Below, piece after piece: positions 9,144 through 18,093 of a DNA stretch of 64,000 bases. The DNA is from Chitinophagales bacterium (GTDB taxonomy: Bacteria > Bacteroidota > Bacteroidia > Chitinophagales > LD1). The stretch is from contig JAHCHW010000006.1 of the NCBI GenBank assembly GCA_026129525.1, forward strand, positions 64,705-128,704, read 5' to 3'. The notes under the pieces were generated by a model, which did no database searches, had not been told where the DNA came from, and saw only the letters and a program-made list of their open reading frames with translations. The position numbers and the translations under genes were made by a program. Every line of letters begins with the position of its first letter. The first letter of the stretch is position 1.

Positions 9144-10538
9144 ATGGCAAAGCGTCAAAAATACCGCGAACTCATTTCACAGTCTTTCGATTTTCCTCAG
9201 CGCGATTTTAAGGAGGAGAAAGGCACCTTGCAGTGGAACGACCTGCCGCTGATGGAAATAGCCGAGAAATACGGCACGCCTTTGCGGATTACCTACCTGC
9301 CCAAAATTGGTCAGCAAATTCAGAAAGCGCGCAGGCTGTTTAACGCTGCCATAGCCAATAACGATTACCGGGGCGACTATCACTACTGTTACTGCACTAA
9401 AAGTTCGCATTTCAGTTTTGTGGTGGAAGAAGCGCTAAAAAACAAAGTGCATATCGAAACTTCTTCGGCTTTCGACTTTGAACTGATTAAGCGATTAGAG
9501 GAGAAGAAGAAGATTAAGAAGGAAAATTTCATTGTTTGTAACGGGTTCAAACCGCAGAAATACATTGATAAAATTCTGGAGGCATACAACAACGGTTACA
9601 AAAACATCATTCCTGTGTTGGATAACATGGATGAACTGGAAAAGTATGGTACGCCTTCGGGCACACTGAACATTGGTATTCGTATTGCTGCCGAAGAAGA
9701 GCCGAAATATGAGTTCTATACTTCGCGCCTCGGTGTGCGCTACAACGATATTGTTCCGTTTTATCAGCAGAAAATTCAGAACAACCCCAACTTTAAGTTG
9801 AAGATGTTGCACTTCTTTATTGACACGGGAATAAAGGATGTAAACTATTACTGGACGGAGTTTCACAAAGCATTGGATGTTTACTGCGACCTGAAAAAGA
9901 TTTGCCCCGAATTGAGTGCTATTAACCTTGGCGGTGGAATGCCCATTAAGCACTCGCTTACGTTCGATTTCGATTACGAATACATGATTAACGAAATTGT
10001 TACCCAACTTAAAAACACCTGCAATGCCGAAGGAGTGGATGAGCCGGATATTTTTACCGAATTCGGCAGTTACACGGTGGGCGAAAGCGGCTGTGTAATT
10101 TTCAGTGTGCTGGGAGTAAAAAACCAAAACGACCGCGAAACGTGGTACATGCTCGATGGCTCACTGATGAACAACCTTCCTGATATTTGGGGGCTTTCGC
10201 AACGGTTTATTATGCTGCCCATCAACAAGTGGGACGATGAATACAAGCATGTAAACCTGGGCGGCATTACCTGCGATGTAGGCGATTACTACAACAGCGA
10301 TGCTCACATTAACCAAGTGTATTTGCCCAAGATTAAACCCGGAGAAAAACTCTACATCGGCTTTTTTAATACGGGCGCTTATCAGGATACTCTAAGCGGC
10401 TACGGTGGAATAAAACATTGCCTGCTGCCCTCACCGCCTCACATTCTGGTGGATGAAAAAAAGAAGAATGAATTTACCTACCGCGTTTTTGCCGAAGAGC
10501 AAAGTGCCGACAGCATGATGAAGATTTTGGGTTACTGA
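9144..10538 (+). CDS. speA: arginine decarboxylase (fold-type III PLP, Orn/DAP/Arg decarboxylase family, Bacteroidota short form)
   Basis: PLP-lysine context YCYCTKSS. The N-terminus FDFPQRDFKEEKGTLQWNDLPLMEIAEKYGTPLRITYLP is typical of Flavobacteria-type ArgDC. Start moved to the ATG at 9144 (MAKRQKY). Confidence 0.75.
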   Translation: MAKRQKYRELISQSFDFPQRDFKEEKGTLQWNDLPLMEIAEKYGTPLRITYLPKIGQQIQKARRLFNAAIANNDYRGDYHYCYCTKSSHFSFVVEEALKNKVHIETSSAFDFELIKRLEEKKKIKKENFIVCNGFKPQKYIDKILEAYNNGYKNIIPVLDNMDELEKYGTPSGTLNIGIRIAAEEEPKYEFYTSRLGVRYNDIVPFYQQKIQNNPNFKLKMLHFFIDTGIKDVNYYWTEFHKALDVYCDLKKICPELSAINLGGGMPIKHSLTFDFDYEYMINEIVTQLKNTCNAEGVDEPDIFTEFGSYTVGESGCVIFSVLGVKNQNDRETWYMLDGSLMNNLPDIWGLSQRFIMLPINKWDDEYKHVNLGGITCDVGDYYNSDAHINQVYLPKIKPGEKLYIGFFNTGAYQDTLSGYGGIKHCLLPSPPHILVDEKKKNEFTYRVFAEEQSADSMMKILGY

Positions 10539-10541
10539 TTT

Positions 10542-11906
10542 TTATATCGCCTTACTAAACGTATTCTTTTTCTCCAACTCATTGTTTCGCAACAAGTGCA
10601 AATCGAAGGCACGGCAGATGTTGCGAATAAAATGTTTGCCGGTGGCGGTAACTGTCATTTCGTTTTCACTCCATGTAAGCAATCCGTCAGCGGCTAAAAG
10701 TTCCAATTCGGGGAAAGTGAATTGACGAAGGAGCGATAAGTCTTCTTGGCGGAAAGTAACATACCCGCGGCAACTTACATCCAATATGTATGCGCGGAAG
10801 GCTTCGTCTTCTTCGCTTAAAAAGTAACCGCGTTGCAAAGGCAGTTGGTTTTGCTTAATGCCTTCGTAGTAGTCGCTCAGCAGTTTTTTGTTTTGGGCAA
10901 AAGCATTGCCCGTGTCGCTGATGCTTGAAACACCCAAGCCCAACATTACTTCGGTAGCTTGCGTGGTATAACCCATAAAGTTGCGGTGCAGAGTGCCGTT
11001 CTGCGAAGCAATGTAAAGGTCATCGGTAGTCAGTGCAAAGTGATCCATGCCTATGTCCACATAGCCGGCTTGTGTAAGCAGTTCTTTTCCGGCTAAGTAT
11101 AGTTGCAATTTCAGTTCAGCCGAAGGCAAATCGCTTTCATCGAACAAGCGCTGCCCTTTGCTGGTCCAGGGCACATGGGCATAGCTGTAAAACGCAATGC
11201 GGTCGGGACGCAGTTCAATTATTTCGCGGATGGTTTTCTGAATTCCCTCCAACGTTTGTTTGGGCAAGCCGTAAATCAAGTCGTAGTTCACCGATTGGTA
11301 ACCCACCGCACGGGCGGTATCGGTAGCGCGCTTCACGTTTTGTAAAGGTTGAATACGGTTAATGATGCGCTGCACTTCGGGGTCATTATCCTGCACACCA
11401 AAACTCACCCGCCTGAAACCAAGTGTATATAAAGTTTTGAGGTGCCCTTCGGTAGTATTGTTCGGATGTCCTTCAAAACTAAACTCGTGCTGCGGATGAA
11501 TCACCGAGTCCTGAAAAATAAATTGGAGTAGTGCAGCAAGATTTTCGGGAGCAAAAAAACTGGGGGTTCCTCCGCCTAAGTGTATTTCGCGCAACACGGG
11601 AGGCGAATCCATAAGTGCGCGATACATCTGCCATTCCTTCTTTATGGCTTGTATGTATTCCTCTTCCACACTGTGATTGGTCGTAATTTTTTTGTTACAG
11701 CCGCAGTAGGTGCAAAGCGCCTCGCAAAACGGAAGATGGATATAGAGGCTGATGCCTTCTTTATTGTTATGTGTACTAAACCGGCTGCGGAAAGTTTCTT
11801 TCCACCGAGCGACATCAATCGAATCTTTCCAAAACGGCACGGTGGGATAGCTGGTGTAACGCGGCACCGGTTGGTTGTATTTGGCTATGAGCGAGGGTGA
11901 AATCAT
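10542..11906 (-). CDS. hemN: oxygen-independent coproporphyrinogen III oxidase (radical SAM)
   Basis: CxxxCxxC radical-SAM motif (CEALCTYCGC). N-terminal YNQPVPRYTSYPTVPFW. Start moved to the ATG at 11906 (MISPSLIAKY), 10 nt after the hemH stop. Confidence 0.9.
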   Translation of the reverse strand: MISPSLIAKYNQPVPRYTSYPTVPFWKDSIDVARWKETFRSRFSTHNNKEGISLYIHLPFCEALCTYCGCNKKITTNHSVEEEYIQAIKKEWQMYRALMDSPPVLREIHLGGGTPSFFAPENLAALLQFIFQDSVIHPQHEFSFEGHPNNTTEGHLKTLYTLGFRRVSFGVQDNDPEVQRIINRIQPLQNVKRATDTARAVGYQSVNYDLIYGLPKQTLEGIQKTIREIIELRPDRIAFYSYAHVPWTSKGQRLFDESDLPSAELKLQLYLAGKELLTQAGYVDIGMDHFALTTDDLYIASQNGTLHRNFMGYTTQATEVMLGLGVSSISDTGNAFAQNKKLLSDYYEGIKQNQLPLQRGYFLSEEDEAFRAYILDVSCRGYVTFRQEDLSLLRQFTFPELELLAADGLLTWSENEMTVTATGKHFIRNICRAFDLHLLRNNELEKKNTFSKAI

Positions 11907-11916
11907 CCCGACAAAA

Positions 11917-12981
11917 TTAAGCAGTTTGGCTTGCCCACCACTGCGCGCACTCACCATCGGAACCTGTGCAATAGTTACTGAAAGTTTCTACCCACTCAGC
12001 CGAAGTATTCAAACAGGGCACACGGACAAATTCTGTTCCTCCACTTTCTAAAAACAATTCCTTTCCGCGGTCGTCCATTTCCTCCAACGTTTCCAAACAA
12101 TCGGTTACAAAAGCGGGGCACAGCACCAACAGCTTTTTTATTCCCTTTGCCGGAAGTTCGCGCAAAGTATCTTCGGTAAAAGGTTGAATCCATTTATCGG
12201 AACCGAGACGCGATTGAAAAGTGAGGTGAACTTTCTCCTTCTCCAATCCTAATTTTTCAGCTACTAACTGAGTGGTAACTTTTACCTGATGCTTGTAGCA
12301 GGTTTGCCATGCGGCTGATTTTATTTCGCAACACTCTCCGCTGCTGTAGCAATGGTTTTTAGTGGTGTCCGATTTTTTTAAATGGCGCACCGGCAGCCCG
12401 TGATAACTAAAAAGGTAAGCGTCAAAACTCCCTTTGCTTAAAAAAGGTTTAATGCTGTCGGCTAACGAAGCAATGTAGCCGGGCTCGTTATAGAAAGGTT
12501 TCAGAATGCGGAGTTTTGCCTGTGGCGTTTGCTTACGAATTTGCTCCAACACATACTCCAGTGCCGTTTCGTACGAACTCATGGCATAATGCGGATACAT
12601 AGGCGCTATCAGAATTTCGTTCAGCTTACCCGCTTTCTTTTCCAAGAGTTGCAAGGCTTGTGCAGGCGAAGGATTGCCATAGCGCATAGCCACTGCAACA
12701 GGCATCTTTGTTCTTTCTTCTGCCAATGCGGCAAAGTCATCGGTAATTACTTTCAGTGGCGAGCCTTTTCCGCTCCATATACTTTGATAGGCTTTTGCCG
12801 ATTTAGGTGCGCGGAACGGCACAATAAATCCCTTCACCACAAGCGCACGGATAGGCGCAGGAATATCAATCACGCGTCCGTCCATTAAAAATTCGTTCAG
12901 GTATTTCCGTACATCCGGTACAGCAGGACTATCGGGCGAGCCGAGGTTGACAATAATCAGTCCTTTCCCTATTTCATTCAT
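11917..12981 (-). CDS. hemH: ferrochelatase
   Basis: GLIIVNLGSPDSPAVPDVRKYLNEFLMDGRVIDIP is the canonical ferrochelatase N-terminus. Start moved to the ATG at 12981 (MNEIGKG). Confidence 0.9.
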   Translation of the reverse strand: MNEIGKGLIIVNLGSPDSPAVPDVRKYLNEFLMDGRVIDIPAPIRALVVKGFIVPFRAPKSAKAYQSIWSGKGSPLKVITDDFAALAEERTKMPVAVAMRYGNPSPAQALQLLEKKAGKLNEILIAPMYPHYAMSSYETALEYVLEQIRKQTPQAKLRILKPFYNEPGYIASLADSIKPFLSKGSFDAYLFSYHGLPVRHLKKSDTTKNHCYSSGECCEIKSAAWQTCYKHQVKVTTQLVAEKLGLEKEKVHLTFQSRLGSDKWIQPFTEDTLRELPAKGIKKLLVLCPAFVTDCLETLEEMDDRGKELFLESGGTEFVRVPCLNTSAEWVETFSNYCTGSDGECAQWWASQTA

Positions 12982-13206
12982 GCCGCGAAAGTGCTTTCTA
13001 ATTCCAAACAACAAAAGGTTGAGTGGAATAGTTTTGTCATGGAAGTGTAAAATTCGAGTCAAAACCATTGATTTTGGAACAAAATCTGTCCATCCAAATC
13101 TACACCCGGCAGAGAATTGTCATAGAAGTGTCATTTTTTTCAAAACTGACATACCTCATCTTGGGGTTTATACGCGCTATTTCATCTTTGCTCTTGAGTT
13201 TAAGAA

Positions 13207-14250
13207 ATGAATGTAAAGAGTATGGAAAAGTATCAGACGCGCTTGGTGGTGGCGGGTGTAAACTACCGGAAAACTGCCCTTGAAATACGAAGCAAATTCG
13301 CACTTACCACAGAGCATGTAAAAAGCATTTATGCCGATGTGGAGTTTATTTTGCCCGGAGATTTTTTCATTCTCTCAACCTGTAACCGCACCGAAATTTA
13401 CTGCACCACCAATCAACCTCAACAGTTGCTGAATGTTTTTAGCCGTTACAGCAATGCCACTCCCGAAGAAACCGAAGAATATACTTTCGTTAAAACAGGC
13501 GATGAAGCCATTCATCATTTGTATCGCGTAGCTTCAGGGCTCGATTCGCAAATATTGGGCGATTATGAAATTATCGGTCAGTTGAAAAATGCTTTTGCTT
13601 TAGCAAAAGCGCACAAACGTGCAGGTGGTTATCTCGAAAAATTAGTGAACGGCTCACTGCAAGCCAGCCGTCAGGTGCGTAACCGCACTTCGGTTTCCGA
13701 TGGCACTACTTCGGTTTCGTATGCCGTTATCCGCTTGCTGAAACAAAAATTGGCGGAAAGCGAAAGCGCCAACATTTGCCTGATGGGAATGGGAAAATTC
13801 GGTGAGTTGACGTTGAGAAATCTGCAACACTATTTGCCGCAACATCGCCTTACGGTTATTAACCGCAACGAAGAGCGCGCACAACAGGTGTCGGAAAAAT
13901 ACGCGGTGCCATACGTGAAAATGGAACAGTGCAACGAGGTGCTGCGCCAATCGGATATAGTAGTAGTGGCTACCGGTGCCGACCATCCTATTGTTACTAA
14001 AGCACAAATAGAAAATTCGCCTGTGCGTATGGTGTTCGACCTTTCGGTTCCGTCCAATGTAAGTGCCGATGTGAAACAACTGCAAAACGTAGAGTTTTAT
14101 GATATTGACAGCCTGTCGGAAATCATTAACGAAACACTTACGCGAAGGACTAACGAAGTTCCCTTTGCGCTTGAGATAATTGACGAACACATTCGTGAGT
14201 TTAAAGAGTGGGAAGCACGCAGGGCGCTGTATGTGCCGGTGCTCAACTAA
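13207..14250 (+). CDS. hemA: glutamyl-tRNA reductase (short form, 347 aa)
   Basis: Active-site context ILSTCNRTEIY and a Rossmann GMGKFG motif. An alternative start exists at 13222 (MEKY). Confidence 0.85.
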   Translation: MNVKSMEKYQTRLVVAGVNYRKTALEIRSKFALTTEHVKSIYADVEFILPGDFFILSTCNRTEIYCTTNQPQQLLNVFSRYSNATPEETEEYTFVKTGDEAIHHLYRVASGLDSQILGDYEIIGQLKNAFALAKAHKRAGGYLEKLVNGSLQASRQVRNRTSVSDGTTSVSYAVIRLLKQKLAESESANICLMGMGKFGELTLRNLQHYLPQHRLTVINRNEERAQQVSEKYAVPYVKMEQCNEVLRQSDIVVVATGADHPIVTKAQIENSPVRMVFDLSVPSNVSADVKQLQNVEFYDIDSLSEIINETLTRRTNEVPFALEIIDEHIREFKEWEARRALYVPVLN

Positions 14251-14290
14251 GGCGTATTCGTAATTTCCATCGTTTGTTTAATTCTGAAAA

Positions 14291-15238
14291 ATGCCCGCAA
14301 CTATCCGCATAGCTACCCGTGGCAGCGCTTTGGCGCTGTGGCAGGCGAATGAGGTAAAGAGCAGACTGGAACAGCGCGGATACACCTGCGAAATTGTTAC
14401 CGTGCAAAGCAGTGGCGATGTAAATCTTACACAACCCATTTATGCGCTCGGCATTGCAGGCGTTTTTACCAAAGAGTTGGATGCGGCTTTATTGAACAAC
14501 GATGCGGATATTGCAGTTCACTCTCTGAAAGATGTTCCCACACAATTGGCACAAGGGCTTGCATTAGCAGCAGTGTTGGAACGAGGTGCACATCAGGATG
14601 TAGCAATCATTAAGCGAAAGGAAATACTGAACTATCCGCAAAGTATTGCCACCATTGCCACCAGTAGTTTAAGACGCAGAGCACAGTGGCTGGCAAAATT
14701 TCCGAAGCATGTAACAGTTCCCATTCGCGGCAATGTGCAAACGCGCATGCGGAAGTTTAATGAGGAAGAAAAAACCGATGCGGTCATTTTTGCGAAAGCA
14801 GGATTGGAGCGCATGAATATGTTGCCCGATGATGCGGTGGCGCTGGATTGGATGTTACCTGCACCCGCACAGGGAATTGTAGGCATTGTTTGCCGAGAAA
14901 ACGCTTCAGCCATGCAGCAAGTGTGCGAAGCAATCAATCATCAACCTTCGTTTATTGCGGGAAGCATTGAGCGCGATTTTATGAAAACACTCATGGGCGG
15001 TTGCTCGGTTCCGGTAAGTGCATTGGCGTTGGTAAATGAAAACGGAATTGAATTTCGCGGAGCCATTCACGCATTTGACGGCAGTCGTTTTTTTGAAGTG
15101 AAAGAAACTATTGGTACAACTGATTGGAAAAATGCCGGAAGAGATGCAGCGCTGAAATTGCTGAAGCAACCCGGTGCTGCTGAACTGATGGAAGAAATAC
15201 GAAACAAAAAGTGGAGCGATGCGGATACTGAGCACTAA
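14291..15238 (+). CDS. hemC: hydroxymethylbilane synthase (porphobilinogen deaminase)
   Basis: IRIATRGSALALWQA N-terminus and SSLRRRAQ motif. Confidence 0.9.
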   Translation: MPATIRIATRGSALALWQANEVKSRLEQRGYTCEIVTVQSSGDVNLTQPIYALGIAGVFTKELDAALLNNDADIAVHSLKDVPTQLAQGLALAAVLERGAHQDVAIIKRKEILNYPQSIATIATSSLRRRAQWLAKFPKHVTVPIRGNVQTRMRKFNEEEKTDAVIFAKAGLERMNMLPDDAVALDWMLPAPAQGIVGIVCRENASAMQQVCEAINHQPSFIAGSIERDFMKTLMGGCSVPVSALALVNENGIEFRGAIHAFDGSRFFEVKETIGTTDWKNAGRDAALKLLKQPGAAELMEEIRNKKWSDADTEH

Positions 15239-15908
15239 ACCGCTTTCAGCCGATGAATTGGAGTTTGCTGCCTCGCAAGGGGCAGAAGTGCAGTGCATAG
15301 AAGTTATCCGCACCGAGCCGCTTGCTTTTCAATTGCCCGATGCAAACACCTACGATGCGGTGGTGTTTACAAGCGCCAATGCCTTGCGTTACTTTTTCAG
15401 GAACGATAATGCAGCAGCCGCGCTTGCGGGTAAAACAATTTTTTCCATTGGCGGAAAAACCGAGCAGCACCTGAACGTGAAAGGATTTGCACCGCAGTTA
15501 ACTGCTTACAATGGCGAGCAGTTGGCTGATAAAATAATTGCTTCGGCAACTTCACAAGCAGTGCTTCATCCGTGCAGCAGTATTCGACTCCCTATTTTGG
15601 AACAAAAATTCAAATCGGCAGGAATTGCATACACTTCGCTGCCGGTGTACCACACTTCTTTACTAAGCAATGTAAAGGCAGAAGGCGACTACGATGTAAT
15701 TTTGTTTTTCAGCCCGAGTGGAGTGGAAAGTTTTTTAGCCGAAAACAAATTGCCGCAAAACGTTGTTTGCTCTTGCATAGGAAACACCACTGCCGGTTAT
15801 CTGAAAGAAAAAGTGGCGGATGCGGAAGTGATTATTCCCGCTGTTCCTACAGCGAAAGAAATGTTGCAACTGGCAGTAAACCATTTAAGAACTGAAAAGA
15901 AAATATGA
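15219..15908 (+). CDS. hemD: uroporphyrinogen-III synthase
   Basis: 229 aa with HemD-like two-lobe length and composition. It lies between hemC and hemE and overlaps both neighbours (20 nt and 4 nt). Confidence 0.75.
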   Translation: MRILSTKPLSADELEFAASQGAEVQCIEVIRTEPLAFQLPDANTYDAVVFTSANALRYFFRNDNAAAALAGKTIFSIGGKTEQHLNVKGFAPQLTAYNGEQLADKIIASATSQAVLHPCSSIRLPILEQKFKSAGIAYTSLPVYHTSLLSNVKAEGDYDVILFFSPSGVESFLAENKLPQNVVCSCIGNTTAGYLKEKVADAEVIIPAVPTAKEMLQLAVNHLRTEKKI

Positions 15909-16936
15909 GCGAACTCAAAAACGATTTATTGCTGAAAGCCTTGCAAGGAGAAGTTGTTTCTCGTCCGCCTGTATGGATGATGCGGCAGGCGGGGCGTTAC
16001 CTGCCCGAGTATTTGGAACTGAAAGCCAAGTATGATTTTTTTACGCGAGTAGAAACGCCCGAACTCGCCTGCGAAATCACGCTGCAACCCATTGATATTA
16101 TCGGCAGCGATGCGGCAATTATCTTCTCTGATATACTTGTTATACCGCAAGCGCTCGGTGTGCAAGTGCTAATGGAAGAAGGTAAAGGACCTGTTCTTCC
16201 GGCTACCATAAAAACGAAAGCCGATATTGACAGCCTGCAAGTGCAGGGCGCAGCCGAACGATTGGATTATGTGTGCAAAGCCATTTCGCTCACTAAGCGC
16301 GAACTGAACGGACGTGTGCCGTTGATAGGTTTTGCGGGAGCGCCCTTTACAATACTCTGCTACATGGTAGAAGGTAAAGGCAGCAAAACATTCGATAAGG
16401 CAAAACAGTTTTGTTTTACGCAGCCCGAATTGGCACATCAACTTCTTCAAAAAATTACCGATGCGACCATTGAATATTTAAAAGCGCAGGTAAAAGCAGG
16501 TGCCGATTGTGTGCAGGTGTTCGACAGTTGGAGCGGCATGCTTTCGCCCGATGATTTTAATGCGTTTGCACTGCCTTATCTGAAACAGATTTCCAATGCG
16601 CTGAGTCCGCTTTGCCCGGTTATACTTTTTCCGAAAGGAAGTTGGTATGCGCTCAAAGAATTGACAAACACTTCTGTTTCGGCTATTGGCATTGACTGGA
16701 CTATCACTCCTGCATTTGCCCGCGAACAGACTTCCAACAACATTACATTACAGGGTAATTTCGACCCGACCAAACTGCTGATGCCTGTTCCGGAAATTCA
16801 AAACGCGGTAAAGAAGATGATTGATGATTTTGGAGTACAGCGTTACATAGTTAATCTGGGGCATGGCATTTTGCCTAACATTCCTGTAGATAATGCTAAA
16901 GCTTTTGTAGATGCGGTTCAGAATTATCAAGCGTGA
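15905..16936 (+). CDS. hemE: uroporphyrinogen decarboxylase
   Basis: [16 protein letters not shown] signature. Confidence 0.95.
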   Translation: MSELKNDLLLKALQGEVVSRPPVWMMRQAGRYLPEYLELKAKYDFFTRVETPELACEITLQPIDIIGSDAAIIFSDILVIPQALGVQVLMEEGKGPVLPATIKTKADIDSLQVQGAAERLDYVCKAISLTKRELNGRVPLIGFAGAPFTILCYMVEGKGSKTFDKAKQFCFTQPELAHQLLQKITDATIEYLKAQVKAGADCVQVFDSWSGMLSPDDFNAFALPYLKQISNALSPLCPVILFPKGSWYALKELTNTSVSAIGIDWTITPAFAREQTSNNITLQGNFDPTKLLMPVPEIQNAVKKMIDDFGVQRYIVNLGHGILPNIPVDNAKAFVDAVQNYQA

Positions 16937-16975
16937 AACGGTAAACGTGAAAAGTGAAACGTAAAAACAGAATTT

Positions 16976-17938
16976 ATGAACAGACGAAACCGAACTCTTC
17001 GAAAATCACCAGCCATTCGCGAATTAGTGGCAGAGACGACCATTACTCCTAATGACTTTATCGTTCCATTGTTTGTAACGGAAGGCAAAAATGTGAAGGA
17101 AGAAATTTCTTCTATGCCCAACTACTATCGCTTGAGTTTAGATAATTTGAAAACAGAAATAAACGAGTTGTGGAGTTTAGGGTTGAAGAGTGTGTTGCTG
17201 TTTGTAAAAGTACCGGATAGCCTGAAAGATGAAAACTGCTCCGAAGCGCTGAACAAAAACGGGCTGATGGTTCGCGCCATACAAACCGTTAAGGAAACCC
17301 AACCCGAAATATTTGTAATGACCGATGTGGCGCTCGACCCTTTTTCTCCGCACGGGCACGATGGACTGGTAAAGGGTTACGAAATTCTGAACGATGAAAC
17401 AGTAAAAGTTTTGGCGGAAATGAGTGTGCTCCACGCATCGGCCGGAGCAGATTTTGTAGCACCATCGGATATGATGGATGGGCGAGTAAAAGCCATTCGT
17501 TCTGCGCTTGAGCTAAACGGTTTCACAAAAACGGGAATCCTTTCTTACAGTGCAAAATATGCTTCGTGCTTTTACGGGCCTTTTCGCGATGCCTTGGACA
17601 GTGCGCCAGGTTTTGGCGATAAAAAAACTTACCAAATGGATTATCGCAACCGCACCGAAGCTATAAAGGAAGTGTTGGATGATGTAAACGAAGGGGCTGA
17701 TATAGTAATGGTGAAACCTGCCGGAGCGTATCTTGATATCATACGCGAGGTAAAGAACACGGTAAATATTCCGGTGGCAGCTTATCAGGTAAGCGGTGAA
17801 TACGCCATGATAAAAGCAGCTTCGCAGCGCGGTTGGTTAAATGAGCAGGCGGCAATTATTGAATCGTTAACAGCCATTAAACGCGCAGGTGCCGATTTGA
17901 TAGCAAGTTATTTTGCGAAAGATTTTGTGAGACGATGA
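16976..17938 (+). CDS. hemB: porphobilinogen synthase (delta-aminolevulinate dehydratase)
   Basis: RRNRTLRKSPAIRELVAET N-terminus. MVKPA and YQVSGEYAM active-site lysine contexts. Confidence 0.95.
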   Translation: MNRRNRTLRKSPAIRELVAETTITPNDFIVPLFVTEGKNVKEEISSMPNYYRLSLDNLKTEINELWSLGLKSVLLFVKVPDSLKDENCSEALNKNGLMVRAIQTVKETQPEIFVMTDVALDPFSPHGHDGLVKGYEILNDETVKVLAEMSVLHASAGADFVAPSDMMDGRVKAIRSALELNGFTKTGILSYSAKYASCFYGPFRDALDSAPGFGDKKTYQMDYRNRTEAIKEVLDDVNEGADIVMVKPAGAYLDIIREVKNTVNIPVAAYQVSGEYAMIKAASQRGWLNEQAAIIESLTAIKRAGADLIASYFAKDFVRR

Positions 17939-17979
17939 AGATGTTCAAACTGTTTCAGGAGCTATTTAATACAAATGCA

Positions 17980-18044
17980 AAACCACATAGGAACATAGAA
18001 CACATCAGCGAAAACTTATGTTCTCTTCTGTTTCTATGTGGTTT
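17980..18044. repeat. long imperfect hairpin repeat, copy 2
   Basis: AAACCACATAG (17980-17990) pairs perfectly with CTATGTGGTTT (18034-18044). The stem then continues imperfectly inward. It has the same ACCACA / TCTATGTGGT termini as the element at 9014-9082. Confidence 0.65.
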
Positions 18045-18093
18045 AATAAAGTCTGCCATTTTAGTTTAATAAATTCCGATTAAGCAATATCCC

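Noticed and set aside
9495-10127. A 210-aa minus-strand ORF.
   Set aside because: It is antisense to the arginine decarboxylase gene and has no motif, so it is a shadow ORF.
13654-14190. A 178-aa minus-strand ORF.
   Set aside because: It is antisense to hemA, so it is a shadow ORF.
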